Origin: Acidimicrobiia bacterium
GTDB lineage: Bacteria > Actinomycetota > Acidimicrobiia > Spongiisociales > ZC4RG35
Assembly (NCBI GenBank): GCA_965203555.1
Contig: CBDBCY010000004.1
Location: forward strand, 1,408,001-1,472,000
Direction of reading: 5' to 3'
Length of the DNA: 64,000 bases
Shown: one piece after another, positions 57,140-64,000 of the stretch
Numbering within the stretch: the stretch's first letter is position 1
How the letters are laid out: every line of letters begins with the position of its first letter
The notes under the pieces: generated by a model
Databases searched by the model: none
The model's input: the letters and a program-made list of their open reading frames with translations, nothing else
What the model was told of the DNA's origin: nothing
Translations under genes and position numbers: made by a program

Positions 57140-59041
57140 ATGGGAAAAAAGACCCGGCTGACCCATCCGCTGGTGCGCCGCGACGGCGTGCTGGGGAAAG
57201 CCTCTTGGACCGAGGCCCTCGGCAGGGCCGCTGACGGACTCGGCGCGGTCCGCGATGCTCACGGTGGTGAGGCCATCGGGATGTTTTCCTGCTCCAAGGC
57301 CACCAACGAGACCAACTTCCTGGCACAGAAGTTCGCCCGGGTGGTGATGGGCACCAACAACATAGATTCCTGCAACCGGACCTGACACGCTCCCAGCGTC
57401 GCCGGTCTGGCGGCGGTTTTCGGAGCCGGAGGGGGAACCAGTTCCTATCGGGAGATGGATGACGCCGAGGTGGTGATCCTGTGGGGGTCCAACGCCCGGG
57501 CGGCACACCCCATCTTCTTCCACCGGATCATCCAGGCGGTCCGGCGCGGCGCCCAGTTGTTCTGCGTGGATCCTCGCCACAGCGAATCCGCCCAGTGGGC
57601 GGACCTGTGGCTGGGTATCGACGTAGGATCCGACATCGCTCTGTCCAACGCCATGGCCCGGGAAATACTCGCCTCGGGATTGGAAAACCGCCGATTCATC
57701 GAGCGCTCGACTCTCAACTTCGACGAATACGCGCAAAGTGTGGAGGAGTGGACCCTGGAACGGGGAGAGCAGGTCACCGGGGTGCCCGCTCACGCCATCC
57801 GCACCCTCGCCCATGCCTACGCCAAAGCCGAACGAGCCCAACTGTGCTGGACGCTCGGAATAACCGAACACCACAACGCCACCGACAATGTCCTGGCTCT
57901 GATCAACCTGGCGCTCCTCTGCGGTCATGTGGGTCGCTACGGGTCGGGACTGGTGCCGCTCCGAGGCCAGAACAACGTTCAGGGAGGCGGCGACATGGGC
58001 GCCATCCCCAACAAACTGCCCGGATTCCAGGATGTCGAGTCCGCCGAGCTTCGCGCTGCATTCGAGGCCACCTGGGGCGTCTCCATACCTCCCCGCAAAG
58101 GGTGGCACCTCACGCAGATGTTCGAGGCCATGGAAGAGGGCCACCTGCGCGGCCTGTACGTGATCGGGGAGAATCCCGCCGATTCCGAGGCTGACGTCCA
58201 AAGAGCCCGCCACCTGATGGAAGGACTGGACTTCATGGTGGTCCAGGACATCTTCCTGACCCGCACCGCCCGCATGGCGGACGTGGTACTTCCCGCCGCC
58301 GCCGACTGGTGCGAAGCGGAGGGGACCGTAACCTCCAGTGAACGACGGGTACAGCGGGTTCGTCCGGCCCTGCGGCCGCCGGGACAGGCTCGCACCGACT
58401 CCTCCATCATCTCTTCCATGGCGGCCGCTTTGGGGCACGATTGGGGAATGCCCTCCGCCGAGGAGGTGTGGAACGAGCTGCGCAGCCTCTCACCCATGCA
58501 CAGAGGCATGTCCTACCGCCGCCTGGAAGACAACGGGGGGTTGCAATGGCCCTGCTATGACGAAGACCATCCCGGTGAGCTGTACCTGCACTCCCGCCTG
58601 TGGGAAGACCCGCCGGTCGGTCCGCTCGCCCCCTTTTTCGCAGTGGAGTGGGTTCCCCCGGTCGACCGCCTGACCGACCGGTACCCGACTCGTCTGACCA
58701 CCGGTCGTCACCTCGACTCCTATAACACCGGAGTGCAAAGCGGGGGCACCGACACACCGATACGCATCGGGGGAACTCTCGACATCTCACCGGAGGATTC
58801 ATCGGCCTGGGATATCACCGAAGGAGAAGACGTACGGGTCACCTCCCGGAGGGGTTCGATAACCGTCCCCGCCCGAGTGGACGAAAGCCTCCGCCCGGGT
58901 TTGGTGTTCATGTCGGTGCACTTTCCCGAGCAGGCCGACATCAACAAACTCACCATCGAGGCCTGGGATCCCAAGAGTGGCACCGCCGAGTTCAAGGCCA
59001 CCGCGGTGAGGGTCGAAAAAGCGCCGGCGTTGGTCGGGTAA
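57140..59041 (+). CDS. Selenocysteine-containing Mo/W formate dehydrogenase catalytic subunit lacking the N-terminal Fe-S domain
   Basis: ORFs 57140-57385 and 57455-59041 are in one frame across TGA 57383: NNIDSCNRT-U-HAPSVAGL; PLRGQNNVQG, VVQDIFLT.TA..ADVVLPAA, ERRVQ, LTTGR, TAEFKATAV. Confidence 0.92.
57397..57415 (+). promoter_or_regulatory. Bacterial SECIS hairpin
   Basis: CGTCGCC-GGTCT-GGCGGCG starting 11 nt after the UGA; loop sequence and spacing as in E. coli fdhF. Confidence 0.85.
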
Positions 59042-59065
59042 CCACCTTTCGATAGTGCCTGACTG

Positions 59066-60874
59066 ATGGACCTTCGCTTCACGGATGCACAGCCCACCGC
59101 CGCCGAGCGCAGAGCCGTGGAGCGAGCCACCGGAATAGCGGAATCGGAGACTCACGACCGGGTGCGCACAGCCGCCAACCTGCGTATCTTCCGAACCGGA
59201 CGCCAGAGCGTCGTCAACCGGCGCCACCTGTTGCTCCCCGCCCTGGAAACGGTGCAATCGGAGGTGGGCTGGGTTTCGGAGGGCGCCCTCATGCACATTT
59301 GCCGGGTCCTGTCGGTCCCGCCGGCCGAAGCATGGGGAGTAGCGACTTTCTACTCTCTGATATCGACGGACCCCTCCCCTCCGGAAGTCTGGCACATCTG
59401 CGACGACATCGTGTGCCGCCGCGACGGCGCCCTGGATTTGGTCGACAGATTCCAAGGGGGAGAATTCCAGTCCCCCGATGCCCGATGGGCGCCGTCACCA
59501 TGCCTGGGACAGTGCGACCGGACCCCGGCTGCCTACATACAGCGCGCCGGGAGGGATGACCTGGTCGTTGCCGGGGAGAACGTCTCCCGACTTAACGGGT
59601 CCTCCCCCGCGCCGTCCACATCGAATGGACATCCGGGCAGGCTCCCCATCCCCCAGTTCGGCCAACCTCATCTCCGGCTGCTACGCCGGGTCGGGGTGGT
59701 GGACCCGGGCTCTCTTGACTCCTACCTGGAGGCCGGGGGATACCGAGCGCTGGGCGCAGCCGTGGAGATGGGACCGGCGAAGGTGGTGGCGGAGGTCAAG
59801 GCGTCGGGTCTGCGAGGTCGGGGCGGGGCGGCTTTCCCCGCCTGGATCAAGTGGGAGACGGTGGCCAACTCACCCGAGCCGGTCCGCTACCTGATCTGCA
59901 ACGCCGACGAATCGGAGCCCGGCACTTTCAAAGACCGCGTTCTGATGGAAGACGATCCGTTCTCGGTGATCGAAGCGATGACCGTCACCGGGTTCGCCAT
60001 CGGCGCCCGGCGCGGCTACCTGTATATACGGGGCGAATATCCCCTGGCCACGCGGCGACTCTCCCAAGCCCTCGACGAGGCTCGTCAGCGAGGACTGCTC
60101 GGAGAAGGAGCCGAAACGGGCGTGGACTTCGACATCGAGATCCGAAGGGGTCAGGGCGCCTACATTTGCGGGGAAGAGACCGCCCTGATGAACTCGATCG
60201 AGGGCTTCCGGGGAGAGCCCCGCAACAAACCCCCCTTCCCCACGGTATCGGGACTGTTCGGCAAACCGACTGTCATCAACAACGTCGAGACGCTGTGCAA
60301 CGTGCTCGACATTGTCACCGAGGGAGGAGAGGCCTTCGCCGGGTTGGGGACCGACCAGTCCACCGGTCCCAAGTTGTTCTGCCTGTCGGGATCGGTCAAC
60401 CGGCCCGGTGTCTACGAGGTGGAGTTCGGCGCCACCCTGGGAGAGTTGATCGAAATGGCCGGAGGACTGCCCGATGGGCTGGAGTTGAAAGCCGTCCTCC
60501 TGGGAGGAGCGGCCGGCTCGTTCGTGTTACCGGACCTGCTGGAAATGCCCCTGACCTTCGAAGCCTCTTCAGAGGCCGGAGTCTCCCTGGGGTCCGGGGT
60601 GATAATGGCGTTCGACCAGCACACCGACTTCGCAGATATCCTGACCCGCATAGCCGCCTTCTTCCGGGATGAGACCTGCGGGCAGTGCGTGCCGTGCCGG
60701 GTTGGTACCGTTCGCTTGGAAGAAGCGCTGGCTCGCATCCGCCGCCAACCCACAGACGGAGACATGCACTTGATAGAAGAGATCGATCTGGCCATGCGGG
60801 ACGCCTCGATATGCGGGCTGGGTCACACTGCCGCCATCGCCCTGCGGTCTGCTCTCGAGTTGGGATTACTGTGA
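59066..60874 (+). CDS. NuoE-NuoF fusion (NAD/FMN diaphorase subunit of formate dehydrogenase)
   Basis: GVATFY, CDDIVC, CLGQC (2Fe-2S); SGLRGRGGAAFP, CNADESEPGTFKDR, GAYICGEETAL, ETCGQCVPCRVG, SICGLG. Confidence 0.92.
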   Translation: MDLRFTDAQPTAAERRAVERATGIAESETHDRVRTAANLRIFRTGRQSVVNRRHLLLPALETVQSEVGWVSEGALMHICRVLSVPPAEAWGVATFYSLISTDPSPPEVWHICDDIVCRRDGALDLVDRFQGGEFQSPDARWAPSPCLGQCDRTPAAYIQRAGRDDLVVAGENVSRLNGSSPAPSTSNGHPGRLPIPQFGQPHLRLLRRVGVVDPGSLDSYLEAGGYRALGAAVEMGPAKVVAEVKASGLRGRGGAAFPAWIKWETVANSPEPVRYLICNADESEPGTFKDRVLMEDDPFSVIEAMTVTGFAIGARRGYLYIRGEYPLATRRLSQALDEARQRGLLGEGAETGVDFDIEIRRGQGAYICGEETALMNSIEGFRGEPRNKPPFPTVSGLFGKPTVINNVETLCNVLDIVTEGGEAFAGLGTDQSTGPKLFCLSGSVNRPGVYEVEFGATLGELIEMAGGLPDGLELKAVLLGGAAGSFVLPDLLEMPLTFEASSEAGVSLGSGVIMAFDQHTDFADILTRIAAFFRDETCGQCVPCRVGTVRLEEALARIRRQPTDGDMHLIEEIDLAMRDASICGLGHTAAIALRSALELGLL

Positions 60875-61872
60875 TGAACCAGCCGCAGCAAAGCAACGGT
60901 TCGGCTGAAAAGGTTCGACTGACCGTGGACGGCGCCTCGGTGGAAGTGGAAAAGGGCGCCACTCTGCTGCAGGCGTGCCAGCAGATGGGAACCGAGGTCC
61001 CGACCCTGTGTTACCTCGAGACTCTCACTCCGGTCAACGTATGCAGGGTCTGCGTTGTGGAGGTGGAGCGCAACCGCACCCTGGTCCCGGCCTGCTCCCG
61101 GGTGGCCGAAGAGAGCATGGTGGTGGCCACCGACTCCGACCGAGTGCGTCACAGCCGGAAGATGGTGTTGGAATTCCTGGGTTCCTCGGTGGATCTGTCG
61201 GTCGCCGATGAAGAGGTCAACCACTGGATGGAGCGCTACGGCGCCGACCCGGACCGGTACGGGCCCCTGTCCGAACCCACCGCGGCGGGGGAGCGGGACG
61301 GACGCAAGCCCGGGCACCATCATGAGGTCAACGGGAAGACTGCCGAGGGGGTCCACCAACCCACCAAGGTCGACAACACGCTCTATGTCCGCGACTACTC
61401 TCGCTGCATCCTGTGCTACAAGTGCGTGGAGGCGTGCGGGATAGACGCCCAGGGGACCTACGCCATAGCCGTGGCAGGCCGGGGTTTCGATGCCCGCATC
61501 TCCACGGAGATGGACCTTCCACTGGGAGACAGCGCCTGCGTGTTCTGCGGGAACTGCATCGCAGTCTGTCCCACCGGCGCCCTGATGTTCCGCTCCGAAT
61601 GGGAACTGCGCCGGGCCGGCGTATGGGACCCGCAGGCCCAAGCGGTGACCCGCACGGTCTGTTCCTACTGCGGAGTGGGTTGCAACCTGGAACTGCACAC
61701 CCAGGACAACCGGATCGTCAAGGTCACCTCCCCCCAGGACCACGAAGTCACCAGCGGCAATCTGTGCATCAAAGGCCGGTTCGGCTACGACTACGTGCAG
61801 AACCTGGGCGACCTGGAGCAAAACACCATCGACGAGGTTCTGCAGTCCGCCCGCCGGCGCTCCCCCGAATAA
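60874..61872 (+). CDS. Fe-S subunit (2Fe-2S, 2x4Fe-4S, Molybdop_Fe4S4) corresponding to the N-terminal part of FDH alpha/NuoG
   Basis: PTLC, CRVCVVEV, LVPAC, CILCYKCVEAC, CVFCGNCIAVCPTGAL, CSYCGVGC...NLCIKGRFG. Confidence 0.92.
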   Translation: MNQPQQSNGSAEKVRLTVDGASVEVEKGATLLQACQQMGTEVPTLCYLETLTPVNVCRVCVVEVERNRTLVPACSRVAEESMVVATDSDRVRHSRKMVLEFLGSSVDLSVADEEVNHWMERYGADPDRYGPLSEPTAAGERDGRKPGHHHEVNGKTAEGVHQPTKVDNTLYVRDYSRCILCYKCVEACGIDAQGTYAIAVAGRGFDARISTEMDLPLGDSACVFCGNCIAVCPTGALMFRSEWELRRAGVWDPQAQAVTRTVCSYCGVGCNLELHTQDNRIVKVTSPQDHEVTSGNLCIKGRFGYDYVQNLGDLEQNTIDEVLQSARRRSPE

Positions 61873-62047
61873 CAGTCTGTCCCCTCGCCGGACTCCTGCC
61901 GCACACAGGCAAGATCGTCGGCAAGCCCGGCAGGCGGCCCCGGCCGGCTGATCGGAGTTGAATTCTTCTTCACAGCCCATGGCGCAGTGAAAGCCTGTCA
62001 TAACCGACTCGGGCGCTGTCGACTTCTTGGCGTTTGAGGCGTCTGTT

Positions 62048-62902
62048 CTATATCCCCACGGAAACCGACGGATTCTTCCTGAGGGCGTTTCGCACCCGGG
62101 ATCCGGTCAGCACCACGAAGAACATGACGACCGAGATCAACACGATGGTGGCGGAGGCGGCAGTGGAATAGTGGTAGCTGACCATCAAGCCGGACACCAC
62201 TGAGAAGATGGCGCAGACCGCCGACACGACCATCACCAAAACGACCCTCCGAACCATGATGATGGCGGTGGCGGGAGGGCCCACCAGCAACCCGAACACC
62301 AGGATTGCCCCCACCCCCTGGAAGAGGAGCACCACCGCTCCGGTGATGAGCGCCAGCAGGGCGAAATGCGCCACCTGGGGACGGAATCCCATCATCTCGG
62401 CTTTGTCGGCATTGAAGGCCAGAGCGAGGAACGGCCGGTACATGACAAAGGACAACACCAGGGCGACCACTAAACCGATCGCTTCCAGCACGACGACACC
62501 CCACGTGACTCCCAGCAGATCCCCGAAGAGGATGGCGGTGATGGAGCCTGAAAAGGTGGGAGTCAGGGAGATAACCACAACTCCCAGGGCAAGCATGCCC
62601 ACGAACAGCAGGCCGATCCCCACGTCTGCGCTGAGTTTGGTGTGCTGGTGGACCTGGTTGATCCCCAAGATCATGACCACGCCCGCCACCAGCGCTCCCC
62701 AAACCGGGTTGACTCCCAGCAGAATGGCGATCGCCACGCCGGGTATGACTCCGTGAGCCACCGCATCCCCCATGAAGGACATCCCCCGGATGACCACCCA
62801 GGCGCCCACCACCGAGGTGAGCACACCGGCAAGCGCTCCTCCCACCAGGGCCCGCTGCTGAAAGGCCAACTCGAAAGGTTCCACGATCCAGTCCATGCCC
62901 AT
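62048..62902 (-). CDS. Zn/Mn ABC transporter permease (ZnuB-like)
   Basis: RGMSFMGDAVAHGVIPGVA, ILFGDLLGV, VGAILVFGLLV.PPATA. Confidence 0.9.
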   Translation of the reverse strand: MGMDWIVEPFELAFQQRALVGGALAGVLTSVVGAWVVIRGMSFMGDAVAHGVIPGVAIAILLGVNPVWGALVAGVVMILGINQVHQHTKLSADVGIGLLFVGMLALGVVVISLTPTFSGSITAILFGDLLGVTWGVVVLEAIGLVVALVLSFVMYRPFLALAFNADKAEMMGFRPQVAHFALLALITGAVVLLFQGVGAILVFGLLVGPPATAIIMVRRVVLVMVVSAVCAIFSVVSGLMVSYHYSTAASATIVLISVVMFFVVLTGSRVRNALRKNPSVSVGI

Positions 62903-62912
62903 CCAACCCTAC

Positions 62913-62976
62913 CCAGCGTCATTATCGTGAGGGCACGATAATCATTATCACAGGACACCGATGGCGATGATTATCA
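62913..62976. promoter_or_regulatory. Fur/Zur boxes in the divergent promoter
   Basis: cGATAATCATTATCA at 62936-62950 (14/15 to the 7-1-7 TGATAATnATTATCA), plus weaker copies at 62962-62976 and 62913-62927. Confidence 0.8.
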
Positions 62977-62988
62977 TAAGACTCAGTT

Positions 62989-63426
62989 ATGGCCGGGGTG
63001 CACACCAAGGTAGAACAAAGCTTGCGTTCGCAGGGTATGCGCTACACGTCCAACCGCCGAGAACTCATCTCTGTACTTGAGCACACCCACGGTCCACTCA
63101 CCGTCGATGAACTGTATCGGGCTACCCAGCGGCGGGTCCCCTCCTCTTCCATCTACCGGGAGGTGCGCGCACTGTTCGAGGCCAAGGTGCTTTCCCTTAT
63201 CCGCTGCACGGACCGGTCGAATCGCTTCGAGTTGGCGGAATGGCTGTCGGGCCATCATCACCACATGGTGTGCAGACCGTGCATGGCGATTTCCGACATA
63301 GTCCTGCCCCCCGAGGCGGAACGCCGCCTCGCCGAATTGGTCGACCTAGCCGCCACCCACACCGGATACCTGGTCACCGAACACACCCTGGAGGTCGAGG
63401 GCATCTGCCCGGATTGCCGATCATGA
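62989..63426 (+). CDS. Fur-family metalloregulator (Zur-like)
   Basis: RYTSNR, SSIYR, HHHHMVCRPC, HTLEVEGICPDC. Confidence 0.9.
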   Translation: MAGVHTKVEQSLRSQGMRYTSNRRELISVLEHTHGPLTVDELYRATQRRVPSSSIYREVRALFEAKVLSLIRCTDRSNRFELAEWLSGHHHHMVCRPCMAISDIVLPPEAERRLAELVDLAATHTGYLVTEHTLEVEGICPDCRS

Positions 63427-64000
63427 AATGGCCTGCAGGACCGGTCGGACCCGCGGTCGAGGCGCAAGACCTGGAACTGCGGTACGGCTCGCACGTTGTC
63501 ATGGAACCTTCTTCTTTCACCGCTCCCATGGGAGCGATCACCGCCCTGATCGGACCGAACGGTGCCGGAAAGTCCACACTGCTTCACACCATGGTCGGCC
63601 TGATCGCCCCGGCGGGTGGGGAGGTGAAGGTGATGGGCACCACCCCGCAGAAGGCCCGCAAGCAGGTTTCCTACGTGCTCCAGTCCAAGGACGTAAACCA
63701 GTCTCTCCCGCTTACCGTCGCCCAGATCGTGGCCATGGGCCGCTATCCGAAACGGGGCATGGTCCGGCCCTTCCGGATCGACGACCGCGCTCGGATCGCG
63801 GAAGCCATGGAGAGGATGGACATCACCCATCTCGCCAACCGGCATCTCACCGAACTGTCGGGAGGACAGCGGCAGAGAGTCTTCATGGCCCAGGGAATCG
63901 CCCAGGATCATCTCGTGATGCTGTTGGACGAACCGCTCACCGGCTTGGATGTCATCTCGGCGGAAACCGTGGACAGGATCATGCACGAAGAGAGGGAGCA
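63423..64000 (+). CDS. Zn/Mn ABC transporter ATP-binding subunit (ZnuC-like), truncated by the window edge
   Basis: ATGA overlap with the Fur gene; [30 protein letters not shown]. Confidence 0.88.
   Translation, partial: MKWPAGPVGPAVEAQDLELRYGSHVVMEPSSFTAPMGAITALIGPNGAGKSTLLHTMVGLIAPAGGEVKVMGTTPQKARKQVSYVLQSKDVNQSLPLTVAQIVAMGRYPKRGMVRPFRIDDRARIAEAMERMDITHLANRHLTELSGGQRQRVFMAQGIAQDHLVMLLDEPLTGLDVISAETVDRIMHEERE

Overview
High-GC (roughly two-thirds G+C) bacterial DNA. Gene content (MttB, GcvT-fused oxidoreductases, Thr-rich lipoproteins, PPOX/F420-type protein, actinobacterial-type Nuo and FDH) points to an actinobacterium, plausibly a marine or host-associated Acidimicrobiia; this is inference only. 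From left to right: (i) secreted enzymes (PQQ sugar dehydrogenase, heparinase II/III-like) and a truncated third ORF that share an unrecognised ~41-43 aa two-Cys module; (ii) methylamine/betaine catabolism (two DMGDH-like genes around a non-pyrrolysine MttB); (iii) aldolase, a decayed DUF4258/DUF2283 pair, PPOX protein, orphan OppF, aminotransferase, two TIMP-like membrane-anchored proteins and a DrrAB-like exporter; (iv) a ~13 kb defence island: DUF433/PIN toxin-antitoxin pair, a DUF499-small protein-DUF1156 methylase-PLD/SNF2 restriction-like system broken by a poly-C frameshift and a second frameshift, an AAA ATPase and an IS1-like remnant; (v) a catabolic and peptide-ABC cluster; (vi) an AlbA_2/RecG-C gene flanked on both sides by phased AT-rich palindromic repeats; (vii) nuoH-N, fhs and a split, permuted selenocysteine formate dehydrogenase with a visible SECIS; (viii) a Zur/Znu-type metal uptake locus with Fur/Zur boxes. 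I saw no rRNA, tRNA, CRISPR-Cas or intact transposase. All family assignments come from motif recognition by eye, not database searches.
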